A program made the position numbers and the translations under genes. Below, piece by piece: positions 8,309 through 19,827 of a stretch of DNA of 64,000 nt. The stretch spans positions 1 through 64,000 of the forward strand of contig JANQHR010000097.1 of assembly GCA_028282585.1 (NCBI GenBank), read 5' to 3'. The notes beneath the pieces are model-generated. The model was not told the DNA's origin, did no database searches, and worked only from the letters and a program-made list of their open reading frames with translations. Position 1 is the first letter of the stretch, and the number at the start of each line of letters is the position of its first letter. Source of the DNA: Bacteroidales bacterium (GTDB taxonomy: Bacteria > Bacteroidota > Bacteroidia > Bacteroidales > UBA12077).

Positions 8309-10771
8309 TTAAGATATTTTCAATGGTTTCTTAACTTTTTCTTTCAGCAATGCGATATTTAAAACCTCCATAATTTCTTTTACATAATGAAAGTTCAATC
8401 CTTTTAAATATATATCCTTGATTTTACTAATATCTTTTCGGTTTTCTTCAGATAATATTATATCCGTAATGTTAGCACGTTTAGCTGCTAAAATTTTCTC
8501 TTTAATTCCTCCAACAGGCAATACCTTTCCTCTTAAGGTTATCTCACCTGTCATGGCAATCTTTTGGCGAACTTTTCTTTGTGTAAACATTGATGCTAAA
8601 GATGTTGCCATTGTAACACCAGCAGAAGGTCCATCCTTTGGAATTGCCCCTTCCGGAACATGAATGTGAATATTCCAATTATCAAATGCTTCTTCTCTTA
8701 TATTCAGTTCAGCTGCGTGAGATTTTATATATTCTAGCGCTATAACAGCCGATTCCTTCATTACATCACCTAAATTACCAGTTAAGGTAAGTTTTCCTTT
8801 CCCTTTGCTTAAACTACTTTCCACGAATAAGATTTCGCCTCCTACAGCTGTCCAAGCTAAACCAGTAACAACGCCTGCAAATTCATTACCCTGGTATTTG
8901 TCTTTAGTAAATTCAGGCGGACCTAATATTACCTTAATGTCTTCAACAGTTAAAGACTTGTTAAATTCTTCTTCGAGCGCAATTTTTCGAGCAAGATTTC
9001 TTGTAATTTTTGCTAAAGTTTTATCTAATGTTCGAACTCCTGACTCACGAGTGTGATTCTCGACAATATATTCCAACACCTTTTTACCAAAAGACACTTT
9101 TGATTTCTCAACCCCATGAGAATCTAACTGTTTTGGAATTAAATGTCTTTTCGCAATTTCTATTTTCTCTTCAACAATATAACCACTAACATCGATCATT
9201 TCCATACGATCTCGTAAAGCAGGATTAATTGTAGATAAAGTATTGGCAGTTGCAATAAACATTACATTTGATAAATCGTATTCCAGCTCCAGGTAATTAT
9301 CATGAAACGCATTGTTTTGTTCCGGGTCCAAAACTTCCAAAAGGGCTGATGCAGGGTCTCCATGAAAATTTTTCCCCACCTTATCAATTTCATCTAATAT
9401 AAAAACAGGATTGGATGATTTTGCCTTTTTAATATTTTGGATAATCCTTCCCGGCATTGCTCCTATGTATGTTTTTCTATGCCCCCGGATTTCTGCTTCA
9501 TCATGCAAACCACCTAATGACATTCTTACATATTTTCTGTCAAGTGCTTTAGCAATTGATTTTCCTAATGATGTTTTACCCACGCCTGGAGGGCCATAAA
9601 GGCATAATATTGGAGATTTCAAATCACCTTTAAGTTTTAATACAGCCAGATATTCTAAAATTCTGTCTTTAACTTTTTCCAAACCAAAATGGTCTTCATC
9701 CAATATTTTTTGTGCCCGTTTTAAATCAAAATTATCTTCAGTAAATTCATTCCAAGGTAAGTCGAGTAATGTTTGAAGATAATTTAACTGAACTGAATAT
9801 TCTCCTGTTGCAGGATTCAGTCTATTTAATTTATCAACCTCTTTAGAAAAAGTTTCTGCAACTTCCTTGCTCCATTTTTTATCTTCTGCTCTTTTCTTTA
9901 AGTCTTCAATTTCCTGATCTAAAGGATTACCACCCAACTCGTCCTGAATAGTTTTCATTTGTTGGTGTAAAAGATATTCTCTTTGTTGACGATCAAGATC
10001 ATTTTTTACTTTCGACTGTATATCATTTTTTAACTCAAGCATTTGGATTTGACGAGTCAGATGTTCAAGCAATCGAATAGATCTTTCTTTTAGATTATCA
10101 AGTTCTAAAAGCTTTTGCTTGTCTTCTATGTCAATATCACTATTTGAACAAATGAAATTCACCAAAAATTTCGTGTTTTCAATATTTTTTACGGCAAAAG
10201 ATGCTTCCGGAGGAATGTTGCTTGATAGTTTTATAATTCTTAAGGATAAATCCTTTAGAGAGCCAACAATTGCTTCGAACTCTCTGGTTTTATCATTTGG
10301 TTTTTTATCCTTAAGTAAAGTCACAGTTGCTTTATGATAAGGCTCTGCCTGTACCATCTGATTCATTTCGAATCGTTGACGGCCTTGAATAATTACAGAT
10401 GTACTACCATCTGGCATTTCAAGCACTTTTAAGATTTGAGCTACCGTACCTAATCTGAACATATCCTCCTCCTCCGGTTCATTTACTCTTCCATCTTTCT
10501 GTGCAACAGTACCGATAATTTTATCTTTTTTATAGATATCATTTACCAAGCGAATCGACTTTTCTCTTCCAACTGTTATTGGTAAAATCACTCCTGGAAA
10601 TAAAACAGTATTTCTTAACGGTAAAATTGGCAGTTCCTTTGGCAATTCAGATCTTTTAAAATCAACATCATCTTCATCATCCGAAATTAAAGGGATAAAT
10701 TCCCCATCGCTTTCCATATCACCCGCAAATAGTATACTTCTATATTTACTTTCGTTTATTTTATCACTCAT
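8309..10771 (-). CDS. lon: ATP-dependent Lon protease
   Basis: [15 protein letters not shown]-domain, Walker [18 protein letters not shown] catalytic Ser. Confidence 0.98.
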   Translation of the reverse strand: MSDKINESKYRSILFAGDMESDGEFIPLISDDEDDVDFKRSELPKELPILPLRNTVLFPGVILPITVGREKSIRLVNDIYKKDKIIGTVAQKDGRVNEPEEEDMFRLGTVAQILKVLEMPDGSTSVIIQGRQRFEMNQMVQAEPYHKATVTLLKDKKPNDKTREFEAIVGSLKDLSLRIIKLSSNIPPEASFAVKNIENTKFLVNFICSNSDIDIEDKQKLLELDNLKERSIRLLEHLTRQIQMLELKNDIQSKVKNDLDRQQREYLLHQQMKTIQDELGGNPLDQEIEDLKKRAEDKKWSKEVAETFSKEVDKLNRLNPATGEYSVQLNYLQTLLDLPWNEFTEDNFDLKRAQKILDEDHFGLEKVKDRILEYLAVLKLKGDLKSPILCLYGPPGVGKTSLGKSIAKALDRKYVRMSLGGLHDEAEIRGHRKTYIGAMPGRIIQNIKKAKSSNPVFILDEIDKVGKNFHGDPASALLEVLDPEQNNAFHDNYLELEYDLSNVMFIATANTLSTINPALRDRMEMIDVSGYIVEEKIEIAKRHLIPKQLDSHGVEKSKVSFGKKVLEYIVENHTRESGVRTLDKTLAKITRNLARKIALEEEFNKSLTVEDIKVILGPPEFTKDKYQGNEFAGVVTGLAWTAVGGEILFVESSLSKGKGKLTLTGNLGDVMKESAVIALEYIKSHAAELNIREEAFDNWNIHIHVPEGAIPKDGPSAGVTMATSLASMFTQRKVRQKIAMTGEITLRGKVLPVGGIKEKILAAKRANITDIILSEENRKDISKIKDIYLKGLNFHYVKEIMEVLNIALLKEKVKKPLKIS

Positions 10772-10907
10772 AAATGTTTTCCTCTTTTATAAATCTCTTA
10801 CGACAATCTGTCAGCCACAAACAACAAATTAATTGGGTATTATAGAATGGCAATCACTATGCCAAATTCAGATTACTAATTATAAAAACATAAATAATAT
10901 AAGAAAG

Positions 10908-12095
10908 TTAAAACATTCTGTATTTTGAGGTTCTTTCAAATACTTCTTTTAGAATATCTTTTTCAATATCATCTAGTTGAATATCTCTTCTTTCCATAAC
11001 TTTTTCAGCCACCTCATAAGCTTTATTGATATTATAATTTGAAAATCCATGCGCCCCGCCCCAAGAAAAAGAGGGTACAAAATTTCTTGGAAATCCTTCA
11101 CCAAATATATTTGCATTTACTCCGACTACAGTTCCTGTATTAAACATAGTATTTATTGCACATTTTGAATGATCGCCCATTATTAATCCACAAAATTGTA
11201 ATCCCGTTTTAATAAAACGTTCATTTTCATAATTCCATAAACGTACTTCTGCATAATTATTTTTTAGGTTAGAGTTATTGGTATCCGCTCCTAAATTACA
11301 CCATTCGCCTATTACAGAATTCCCTAAAAAACCGTCATGTGCCTTGTTTGAATATCCAAAGATTACGGAATTATTTATCTCACCACCCACCTTCGAATGA
11401 GGCCCTATGGTGGTAGGCCCATAAATTTTTGCCGCTAATTTTAATACGGAATGATCACATAATGCAAATGGTCCGCGAACAACACTGTTTTCCATTATTT
11501 CGGTATCCTTCCCAATATAAATAGGACCGGTAGTTGCATTTAAAGTTGCAAATTCTATATTAGCACCTTCTTCTACAAAGGTATTTTCTTTCCCAAGTAA
11601 ATTATTTGTTGAACTTATTTCTGCTGATTTTCTACCTTTAGTAAGAAGCTCAAAATCAGCAATTATATTTTCTCCATTTAACTTAAATATCTCCCATGGC
11701 CAGGAAATCGACAAGTATTCTTCGTCGAAATTAACTTCCCGGTAATTCGAGATTTCTAAATAATCAAAACTACTTACATGTTTCTTCTCCAACTTTAAAG
11801 CTAATATCTTATTTTCACTTTTAAGTACCTGATTAAAGTCCAGTTGTTTAATTTTTTCGATTAAACTTTCACTAGGAATAATACTTCCGTTGATTAAAAT
11901 ATTTTCGTCTTCAACATTCAATTTATACTTTGATTGCAGGTATTCCTGAGTTAAATATGACGATTTTACATTTAAAATTTTTTCCCATTTTTCTTTTATA
12001 GTAAGAATTCCTGAACGGACTTCGCAAACAGGTTTTGTAAAAGTAAGAGGTAATAAATTATCCCAGGATTTATCATCAAACAAAATATAGTTCAT
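10908..12095 (-). CDS. GlmU-like sugar nucleotidyltransferase/hexapeptide-repeat protein (Bacteroidota type)
   Basis: LLPLTFTKPV..GILTI N-terminus; left-handed beta-helix with NKAHDGFLGNSVIGEWCNLGA. Confidence 0.8.
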   Translation of the reverse strand: MNYILFDDKSWDNLLPLTFTKPVCEVRSGILTIKEKWEKILNVKSSYLTQEYLQSKYKLNVEDENILINGSIIPSESLIEKIKQLDFNQVLKSENKILALKLEKKHVSSFDYLEISNYREVNFDEEYLSISWPWEIFKLNGENIIADFELLTKGRKSAEISSTNNLLGKENTFVEEGANIEFATLNATTGPIYIGKDTEIMENSVVRGPFALCDHSVLKLAAKIYGPTTIGPHSKVGGEINNSVIFGYSNKAHDGFLGNSVIGEWCNLGADTNNSNLKNNYAEVRLWNYENERFIKTGLQFCGLIMGDHSKCAINTMFNTGTVVGVNANIFGEGFPRNFVPSFSWGGAHGFSNYNINKAYEVAEKVMERRDIQLDDIEKDILKEVFERTSKYRMF

Positions 12096-12132
12096 AGAAG
12101 TCGATTTAATTAGTTTATTGTCAAAATTACAT

Positions 12133-12160
12133 AAAAAAAGCTCCGTATTTCGGAGCTTTT
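12133..12160 (-). terminator. Intrinsic terminator after the L31 gene
   Basis: AAAAGCTCCG-tattt-CGGAGCTTTT perfect stem with flanking A/T tracts. Confidence 0.8.
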
Positions 12161-12179
12161 CAAAATATATATTAAGAAA

Positions 12180-12443
12180 TTATTTTTTCTTATCAACGTG
12201 TTTTTTATACTTACTCATATATTTATCTACACGTCCGGCAGTATCGACAAGTTTCATCTTACCGGTGTAAAATGGATGAGATGTATTAGAAATCTCAACT
12301 TTAATTAATGGATATTCTTTTCCATCTTCGTATTTAATAGTTTCTTTTGTAGGTGCGGTTGATTTTGTAAGAAACATTTCACCATTTGACATATCCTTAA
12401 AAACTACTAAACGATAATTCTCCGGATGTATTCCCTTTTTCAT
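12180..12443 (-). CDS. rpmE2: 50S ribosomal protein L31 type B
   Basis: [32 protein letters not shown]; no Zn-binding Cys. Confidence 0.95.
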   Translation of the reverse strand: MKKGIHPENYRLVVFKDMSNGEMFLTKSTAPTKETIKYEDGKEYPLIKVEISNTSHPFYTGKMKLVDTAGRVDKYMSKYKKHVDKKK

Positions 12444-12501
12444 CTTTAAACTCCTTTATATTTTGCTATACTTTTTATTCTTTATAAAACTTAATGGCTT
12501 G

Positions 12502-12509
12502 CAAAATTA
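12502..12509 (-). promoter_or_regulatory. Bacteroidota -7 promoter box upstream of the L31 gene
   Basis: Minus strand reads TAATTTTG (TAnnTTTG), 59 bp before the ATG. Confidence 0.55.
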
Positions 12510-12556
12510 AATATTGTTATCAAAATTACAAAATTAAATCACTATTTTTTAATGAT

Positions 12557-14029
12557 TTATTTAATCGTAAACCATTTATTCAAATCAAATTCTGTTTCAA
12601 ATTTCATATTGCGATGAATAAATTCATTCTTTCGTTTATTGTAATTGTAATCAGCAGTCCAGATTTCATGATTTTTAGAAATTTCTTCGACAGCAAAAAT
12701 AAAAAAGTCAATTTCAGAATCTAAAGTTGTAGGATGAACGGACCAACGAATCCAACCTGGTTTTTGGGATAAGTCGCCATGATTAATTAACTCTGTAATT
12801 TCACGGGAATAGTCGTAGCTGACGTCTAATAGATAATGACCATAAGTTCCTGCACATGCACAACCTCCACGTACTTGTATTCCAAATCGATCACTAAGTA
12901 ACTTTACAATTAGATTATAATGAACGTTTTCAATATAAAAAGAAAGAGCACCAATTCTATCCATCACATTATCTGCCAAAATCCTTACACCCGGAATCTT
13001 TTTTAATCCTGCAAAAGCTTTTGAGATTAACTCCTTTTCGCGTAATTCCATATTTTCAATTCCCATTTGATTTTTTAAATCAAAGGTTAGAGCAGTTTTT
13101 ATCGCCTGCAAAAACCCAGGGGTTCCTCCATCTTCACGTAATTCAATATCATCTATGTATTTGTATTCGCCCCAGCGATTTGTCCAATCTACTGTTCCTC
13201 CGCCAGGATTATCAGGAACTTCACAATTATATAAGCTCGAATCAAAAATCATAATTCCTGCTGTTCCGGGACCACCTAAAAATTTATGTGGTGAAAAGAA
13301 AATAGCATCCAACTTCTCCATTGAATCTTCGGGGTGCATATTAATTTCAACATAAGGTGCTGAAGCTGCAAAATCTATAAAACAAACACCTCCATACTCA
13401 TGCATTAATTTAGCTAATTTATGATACGGAGGTTTAACTCCTGTAACATTTGATGCTGCCGAAAATGAACCAATCTTTAGCTTTCTGTCTTTATATTTTT
13501 CAAGTTGTTCTTTTAATTTTTCAGGATCTACCAATAAATTTTCATCAGGCTCAATTATCACAACATCGCAAACTGTTTCATACCATGATGTATGATTGGA
13601 GTGGTGTTCCAAGTGTGTAATAAAAACAACCGGGCGATCAATTGTGCTTAAACACTCTTTATGCTTCAACATTCCGCATCCTTTTAATCCCAATATTCGC
13701 TGCATTTTATTGATTACTGCGGTCATCCCAAATCCTGCTTGAATTAAAACATCGTTTGGCCCTGCATTTACTGCTTTTTTTATCAGTTTTTGAGCATGGT
13801 GATAACTATGTGTCATCAAAGTTCCTGTTTCGCTAGTCTCTGTATGGGTATTTGCAACGTATGGACCAAATTCATTTAGCAATTTCTCCTCTATAGGCCT
13901 ATATAGTCTTCCACTTGCAATCCAGTCGGCATACATTATTTTTTGCTCTCCATATGGAGAATTATATGCAGAATCTACCCCTACAATATTTTTTCTAAAT
14001 TGCTTAAAATGTGACTCTAACGATTTCAT
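12557..14029 (-). CDS. Class V PLP aminotransferase (cysteine desulfurase/selenocysteine lyase-like)
   Basis: YADWIASGR, EHHSN, SNVTG, SPHKFLGGPG (PLP Lys), RGGCACAG. Confidence 0.85.
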   Translation of the reverse strand: MKSLESHFKQFRKNIVGVDSAYNSPYGEQKIMYADWIASGRLYRPIEEKLLNEFGPYVANTHTETSETGTLMTHSYHHAQKLIKKAVNAGPNDVLIQAGFGMTAVINKMQRILGLKGCGMLKHKECLSTIDRPVVFITHLEHHSNHTSWYETVCDVVIIEPDENLLVDPEKLKEQLEKYKDRKLKIGSFSAASNVTGVKPPYHKLAKLMHEYGGVCFIDFAASAPYVEINMHPEDSMEKLDAIFFSPHKFLGGPGTAGIMIFDSSLYNCEVPDNPGGGTVDWTNRWGEYKYIDDIELREDGGTPGFLQAIKTALTFDLKNQMGIENMELREKELISKAFAGLKKIPGVRILADNVMDRIGALSFYIENVHYNLIVKLLSDRFGIQVRGGCACAGTYGHYLLDVSYDYSREITELINHGDLSQKPGWIRWSVHPTTLDSEIDFFIFAVEEISKNHEIWTADYNYNKRKNEFIHRNMKFETEFDLNKWFTIK

Positions 14030-14200
14030 AGCAGGATGTTTTTATTAATTATCCGGGGCATAAAAATAGAACAAAGAGAGTTAAAATTAAAACAAAATTA
14101 TCTATTATTTAACATCTTCATATGTATAAATACCTTGATGCTTATATTCATAAAAAAATCCAAAATATAAGCCTGGATTTTAATCTATTACAAAAATTTC

Positions 14201-14968
14201 TTAATCTCTACTTGCAATCTTTGAAAGTAACCTTAAAATTTCAATATATAACCAAATTAAGGTAAGCATTAGTCCAAATGCCCCATACCACTCCATATAT
14301 TTTGGTAAACCCGCCTGCGATCCTTTTGCAATAAAATCGAAATCTAAGATCAAATTCAATGCTGCTATTATTACGATAACCAAGCTAATTCCTATTCCAA
14401 ACACTCCATTACTGTGAATGATTAAATTATTAACACCAAAAAGAGAGAAAATAATTGAAATGAAATAAACTAATGCAACAGCTCCGGTTGCTGCAATTAC
14501 TCCTGCTCTGAACTTTTGGGTAACTTTTACCATTCCTGTTCTATAAGCTATAAGCATTACAAAAAGAGTTCCGAAGGTTAAAGCAACTGCCTGCATAACT
14601 AGTCCGGGATAACGAGCTTCAAAAAATGCTGAAATTGCGCCCAGAAACAGTCCCTCCAATATTGCAAAGATAGGAGCTGTTATGTAAGCCCATGTTTTCT
14701 TAAATATGGTTATTAATGAAAAAATAAATCCTCCTATTCCTCCAATCATAATCCATTTAGATGTTAATGCCGCACCTGCTTCAAATGATGTTGCGCCAAA
14801 AAACATTTTCCAAGTATACATGGCACCAACGATAACCAATAATAACATCACCAAAGATTTATTAACGGTTCCATTTAATGTCATCGCTTCATTGTATGAA
14901 GCAGCGTATGATTGTGTGTTAAAAACCGACCGTGATAATGCCGGATTTGATGATCTTCCTATATTCAT
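14201..14968 (-). CDS. Bax inhibitor-1/YccA family membrane protein
   Basis: SSNPAL N-terminus, about 7 TM helices, LDFD and TLIWLYIEILRLL motifs. Confidence 0.85.
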   Translation of the reverse strand: MNIGRSSNPALSRSVFNTQSYAASYNEAMTLNGTVNKSLVMLLLVIVGAMYTWKMFFGATSFEAGAALTSKWIMIGGIGGFIFSLITIFKKTWAYITAPIFAILEGLFLGAISAFFEARYPGLVMQAVALTFGTLFVMLIAYRTGMVKVTQKFRAGVIAATGAVALVYFISIIFSLFGVNNLIIHSNGVFGIGISLVIVIIAALNLILDFDFIAKGSQAGLPKYMEWYGAFGLMLTLIWLYIEILRLLSKIASRD

Positions 14969-15072
14969 ATTCTTATTAAATTTGTTTGAACTGTTAAATC
15001 AAAAAGTATACCTATTAAAAATTCAACTAAAAAACATGTCAAGATGTTAAGAGAGTCTGAATTTTTGGCAAT

Positions 15073-16419
15073 TTAAATTACAATTATTCTTCTGTCTAGA
15101 AGCACGAATAACGTTCCTAACAGAATACTATAAAAAACATACCACTTTATTGGAATATAATCCATTGGACTGATACCCAGTTTAAAGTAAGTATAAATTA
15201 CAAGTCCAACTTTCGAAACAAAGTAAATTATTACCGTAGCTAAAGCAACACCCACCACACCATATTCTTCTACTAAGAATAAGCTTAAAATAATATTTCC
15301 AACTAATTCAAATATGGATGTTAAAAACAAAATCTTACTTTTCTTTAATCCAATTACAATAGTATGCGGAAAGAGTAATCTGCTTAAAATTGCCAGAATA
15401 TAAACCACAAAAACATCTGCACTCCTGTGAAATTCAGGATTAAACATGCCAATATAAATTGGTTTGGCAAATAGAAGCAATACCATAGAAACCGGATACA
15501 TCGAATGCATAATACGAAGCGATTTCTTTTTTATAAGCGATAATGTCTCTCCTATCTTTTCTTTTTGAGAGAACTCTATTAACATGGCAGAACTTAATGC
15601 TGCCGCCAAGTAAATCACAAGTGGAAATTCTTTTGCGCCATAGCGAAATACAGCAAAGGCTTCAGGGTTTCCATAATGAGAAGTTACCACTAATCCATCA
15701 ACATATTGAGCTGAACTGCCAACCAGAACACTTAGAATAATAGGACCGGAATGTGCTAAGATTTCTTTTATAAATGGAAATGAATAATTTATCTCAGAAT
15801 AATTATACAAAAGCGTAATTAACCAAATATTTTTAATAATTGATACAACTATCAAACCTCTAATTGACCATGTTACATCAAATCCTAAAAGAACAGGAAG
15901 AATAGCTCCTACTAATTGCAAAACAGAAGTTATGTAACCATAACTCAAAGTATTTCCATTCTTGTCCTGAACCATGTAAATATATTCAACAAGGTTTGCG
16001 GGACTACTTAAAAGTAAATACCATAAAGTTAAATTTAGAAAAGGGACATCTCCCCGGTATCCGAACACAGACAAATTGTTCTTCAACCCTAAACCTATTA
16101 AAAATACAACAATACTAAAGAACATCAATATCACATATATATTGAAAACCTCTGGCGATTTTGTTCCAGCAAGCTGCTCTTTATTTCCAAATGTTTTATT
16201 GCTTTTAAATAAAGGTAGAAAAGCCTGAATAAATCCATTAACCCAGAAAAAACTGGAAAGTGTTGCAATAAACAATGAAACTTCAAATATTCCAATCTCT
16301 TCTTTTGATAGTCCAATTTTTGTAAAAACTATTGAAATGATGAGGAATGTAACAAATCGAAGAATATTAATTGCTTGTAAACCGGTAACGTTATTTACGT
16401 ATCTTTTTTGCCCTAACAC
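15073..16419 (-). CDS. Polysaccharide flippase (Wzx/MATE-like)
   Basis: About 12 hydrophobic helices; FAVFRYGAKEFP and YGVVGVALAT motifs. Start uncertain. Confidence 0.7.
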   Translation of the reverse strand: MLGQKRYVNNVTGLQAINILRFVTFLIISIVFTKIGLSKEEIGIFEVSLFIATLSSFFWVNGFIQAFLPLFKSNKTFGNKEQLAGTKSPEVFNIYVILMFFSIVVFLIGLGLKNNLSVFGYRGDVPFLNLTLWYLLLSSPANLVEYIYMVQDKNGNTLSYGYITSVLQLVGAILPVLLGFDVTWSIRGLIVVSIIKNIWLITLLYNYSEINYSFPFIKEILAHSGPIILSVLVGSSAQYVDGLVVTSHYGNPEAFAVFRYGAKEFPLVIYLAAALSSAMLIEFSQKEKIGETLSLIKKKSLRIMHSMYPVSMVLLLFAKPIYIGMFNPEFHRSADVFVVYILAILSRLLFPHTIVIGLKKSKILFLTSIFELVGNIILSLFLVEEYGVVGVALATVIIYFVSKVGLVIYTYFKLGISPMDYIPIKWYVFYSILLGTLFVLLDRRIIVI

Positions 16420-16563
16420 TTTTTTAAAAATTTGAGCCCAAAATTAAGCTTAAACTGCTAAAATAAAAACAAATTAAGTTTTTTTAAGCTTTTATTTCAG
16501 AATATTATACATTATGGCTACAAATATTTTAATTCAATATTGGAAAATATTAAAATTCTTGTT

Positions 16564-16571
16564 TATATTTG
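16564..16571 (+). promoter_or_regulatory. Bacteroidota -7 promoter box for tRNA-His
   Basis: TATATTTG, 15 bp upstream of the tRNA. Confidence 0.7.
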
Positions 16572-16585
16572 CAATCCGAAAAAAT

Positions 16586-16660
16586 GGTGGTTGTAGCTCA
16601 GTTGGTTAGAGCGCCGGATTGTGGTTCCGGAGGTCGTGGGTTCGATTCCCATCATCCACC
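16586..16660 (+). tRNA. tRNA-His (GUG)
   Basis: G-1; acceptor GTGGTTG/CATCCAC; D arm GCTC..GAGC; anticodon arm CCGGA-TTGTGGT-TCCGG; T arm GTGGG-TTCGATT-CCCAT; discriminator C. Confidence 0.97.
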
Positions 16661-16661
16661 C

Positions 16662-16694
16662 AAAAAAGCTTCGACATTTTGTTGGAGCTTTTTT
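16662..16694. terminator. Bidirectional intrinsic terminator between tRNA-His and the trmH-like gene
   Basis: AAAAAGCTTCGAC-atttt-GTTGGAGCTTTTT stem between convergent genes. Confidence 0.75.
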
Positions 16695-17490
16695 ATTTGT
16701 AAAAATTTCGTTGTCGCATTGCTTCAAAAATTAAAATTGCTGCTGATGTGGAAACATTCAGCGAGTCTATTTCTCCTCCCATTGGAATAATTACTTGTTC
16801 ATCCGTATTTTTCAACCATATATCCGTTAAACCATCTGCCTCAGTCCCCATTATAATTGCAACTGAACCCGTAAAATCAGTTTCATGATAAAGCTTCTTA
16901 GCTGTTAAAGCTGCTGCATAAGTTTTTATATTATTTTTCCTGAACCATTCAATTGCAGCATCCGATCTAGTTGATACAACCTGATTTGTAAATACACACC
17001 CAACACTTGAACGAATGGTATTTGGATTGTATATATCTGCTAAAGAATCACAAATTACTACTGCATCTACATTCGCTGCGTCAGCTGTGCGAAGTATTGC
17101 TCCTAAATTTCCAGGTTTCTCCACAGACTCAAGTACAATAATCAATGGATTTTTTCGAAGTTTTAAATCCTCAAGGCTATTAAATCTTGGTCGTGCTAAA
17201 GCTATAACTCCTTCTGTTGAATCGCGATATGCCAATTTTTGATATACTTCTTTGCTTATTTCAAAATAGCTATTTGCAAGTTTTAACTCTTTGCAAATCA
17301 ATTCTTGATCCAAAATATCTAAACACACCAAAACTGAGGTCAATTCAAATCCCGCGTTCAAAGCCAACCCTAATTCTCTTAATCCTTCAATGACAATTAG
17401 ATTCTGTTTTCGGCGTTCTGAAGATTTTTGTTGAAGTTTTAAAATGTTTTTTATTTTAGGGTTCTGAATACTTGTAATTTTTTCTACCAT
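16693..17490 (-). CDS. TrmH/SpoU family RNA 2'-O-methyltransferase
   Basis: EKPGNLGAILRTADA, MGTEADGL, IPMGGEIDSLNVS SPOUT motifs. Confidence 0.92.
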   Translation of the reverse strand: MVEKITSIQNPKIKNILKLQQKSSERRKQNLIVIEGLRELGLALNAGFELTSVLVCLDILDQELICKELKLANSYFEISKEVYQKLAYRDSTEGVIALARPRFNSLEDLKLRKNPLIIVLESVEKPGNLGAILRTADAANVDAVVICDSLADIYNPNTIRSSVGCVFTNQVVSTRSDAAIEWFRKNNIKTYAAALTAKKLYHETDFTGSVAIIMGTEADGLTDIWLKNTDEQVIIPMGGEIDSLNVSTSAAILIFEAMRQRNFYK

Positions 17491-17745
17491 CTCAATATAA
17501 AATATTCACAAAAATAAGACTTTAAACTTTTAGTAAAACTATGGTGTAAAAATGATTTGCTTTTGAAGTACAAACTGATTTCAGTTCAAAAGAAATTAGC
17601 GTTACATTGCATCGTTTGAGATATCAGTAAACGGTTGTGAAAGATAACAAGAATGTAAAAAACTGAATGAACCTTTGTATTTTGAAGATAATAACCAAAA
17701 ATATAAACCAACATTTAATTTAAAGACTCGTTTAATGCCGGTTAG

Positions 17746-18441
17746 TTATTCAACTACTTTAAAAATAAATCCAACGCCATGTTTATTTTCAATAAACACT
17801 TTTGAATCTGATTTGAAATATTTTCTTAATCTTGTTATAAAAACATCAAGACTGCGACCGGCAAAATAATCATTTTCTCCCCATAAAACATTTAAGATTC
17901 TTTCCCTGGTAACCACCGCATTTTTATTCTCAACAAAAAACTTCAGAAGTTCAGCCTCACGATAAGTCAAATTAATTTCCGCTTTTCCAATATATAGCTT
18001 TAAGTTTTCAGCATCAAAAACCGTTTCTCCAATTTTATTTTTTTTACTTTCCGGATCATCGATAATAATTTTTTTACGCCTCAAGAATACTTTAATCCTT
18101 AAAATAACTTCTTCCATATTGTAAGGCTTTACAATATAATCATCCGCCCCCAATAATAATCCTTTAATTCGATCTTCAGGTAATGTTTTTGCAGTTATAA
18201 AAAGAATTGGAATCTCTTTATTAACAGCTCTCACCTTGTGAGCAAGATCAAAACCATCCATTTTAGGAAGCATAACATCAAAAAGACATATATCAAATGT
18301 TTCCTTTGAGAAAATTTCAAATGCTTTAACCCCATCAGTTGCATTAACTACCTCAAATCCTTTTCGTTTTAGGTTATCGGTTGTAATAAAACTTAAAGTT
18401 TTATCATCTTCAACATACAATATTTTTGGAATTTTACTCAC
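17746..18441 (-). CDS. OmpR-family response regulator
   Basis: KILYVEDD, DVMLPKMDG, GADDYIVKP, C-terminal wHTH RSLDVFITRLRK. GTG start overlaps the kinase stop. Confidence 0.92.
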   Translation of the reverse strand: MSKIPKILYVEDDKTLSFITTDNLKRKGFEVVNATDGVKAFEIFSKETFDICLFDVMLPKMDGFDLAHKVRAVNKEIPILFITAKTLPEDRIKGLLLGADDYIVKPYNMEEVILRIKVFLRRKKIIIDDPESKKNKIGETVFDAENLKLYIGKAEINLTYREAELLKFFVENKNAVVTRERILNVLWGENDYFAGRSLDVFITRLRKYFKSDSKVFIENKHGVGFIFKVVE

Positions 18442-19711
18442 ATTCAAGGTCAATTAAAGGAATTACTATTAAAAACTCACTACCCAGATTTGGTTCGCTA
18501 AAAAATTTCAATTTCCACTTATGACTTTTAACTATGCTTGAAACATAACTTAAACCTAAACCGAAACCTTTTACATTGTGTATATTTCCTGTTGGAATCC
18601 TAAAAAACTTCTTAAATATTTTTTTATGATATTTTTTTTCAATTCCAGAACCGTTATCTTTTATTCTCAAACTTAAATATTTTTTATCTGACTCAGTAGA
18701 GATTTTTACTTCTGCATTAGTATCTGAATATTTTAAAGCATTGTCAATTAAATTTATAATCAAATTAGTAAAATGAAATTCGTCAGCACAAACATTATAA
18801 CTTTTTGCTTTCAGCTCAATAGTTATGTTACCATTTGTATTGTTAGTCCTCCATGTGCCATTATCTGTAATATTTGCCAGTAATTCGTGTAAATTAATAT
18901 TTTTCTTGTTTAATCTGCCAATATTTTCAAGTTCGCTCATTCCCAACACTTTTTCGATATGTTTTAACAAAACATTCGCCTGAGTTTTAATAATCCCAGA
19001 GTAAGTTTTTATACGTTCTGGCTCCTGAATTATTTCATTTTCATTTAAAACATCGGATGATAATACAATTGATGATAATGGCGTTTTAAACTCGTGTGTT
19101 AAGTTATTAACTACATCTTTTTGTAATTCAGAGAATCTTTTTTGTTGCATAATAAACACCAAAGCATAACCTAAAAACAAAACAACAAATATTAAAATAC
19201 CTGATAAAACATAAATACTACCAATATTACCTAGGATATATTGATTTCGCCAGGGGAAATGGATTCCGAAATAATAAATAAACTCATCATGTTTTGGTAA
19301 TTCAATTCTTGATGACTCATTTTCTCTTTGTCCTAAATTAATATATTTTCCATAAATCATTTCTTCTGAATAGCAATCATAAATTCCGTATTCAAAATCA
19401 AGTTTAACGTTTTGCTTTTCAAAAGTCTTTACCAAATAATGTTCTAATACATCAGCATCTATAAAATCATTAACATTTACAATGAAATAATCTGAAGATT
19501 CTTGTGAAACAGGGTTATCGCCAACATAATTAATTTCATTGAGTTCATAGATCTGTTCAACAACATCCCAAAGTGCTATACGAATTTTTTGATCCAGTTT
19601 TCGCTCTTCGTTATTAAATGTTATATGAAAAAAATAAACTTGCAAAGAGATAATTCCAATAATGGAAACTACTCCTAAAAAAATCACTAATCGAATGGCC
19701 GGTTTTCTCAT
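18434..19711 (-). CDS. Sensor histidine kinase
   Basis: Two TM helices, H-box NNLTHEFKTPL, N-box NLIDNALKY, DNGSG, GFGLGL. Confidence 0.92.
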   Translation of the reverse strand: MRKPAIRLVIFLGVVSIIGIISLQVYFFHITFNNEERKLDQKIRIALWDVVEQIYELNEINYVGDNPVSQESSDYFIVNVNDFIDADVLEHYLVKTFEKQNVKLDFEYGIYDCYSEEMIYGKYINLGQRENESSRIELPKHDEFIYYFGIHFPWRNQYILGNIGSIYVLSGILIFVVLFLGYALVFIMQQKRFSELQKDVVNNLTHEFKTPLSSIVLSSDVLNENEIIQEPERIKTYSGIIKTQANVLLKHIEKVLGMSELENIGRLNKKNINLHELLANITDNGTWRTNNTNGNITIELKAKSYNVCADEFHFTNLIINLIDNALKYSDTNAEVKISTESDKKYLSLRIKDNGSGIEKKYHKKIFKKFFRIPTGNIHNVKGFGLGLSYVSSIVKSHKWKLKFFSEPNLGSEFLIVIPLIDLECE

Positions 19712-19827
19712 AGGGGCTAAATTATATAAATATCTGATTCCCAATAAAAAATTAACAAAACTTAACAATTCAGCTAATTATAAAAACATTGAATTAATTA
19801 CTATCTTTAACCTCAACGCATTTGCTT

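Noticed and set aside
16586-16700. tRNA-His as an island integration site
   Set aside because: No integrase nearby and no duplicated tRNA 3' end seen in the window.
16569-16790. 73-aa ORF over the tRNA
   Set aside because: Shadow translation of tRNA-His and its terminator.
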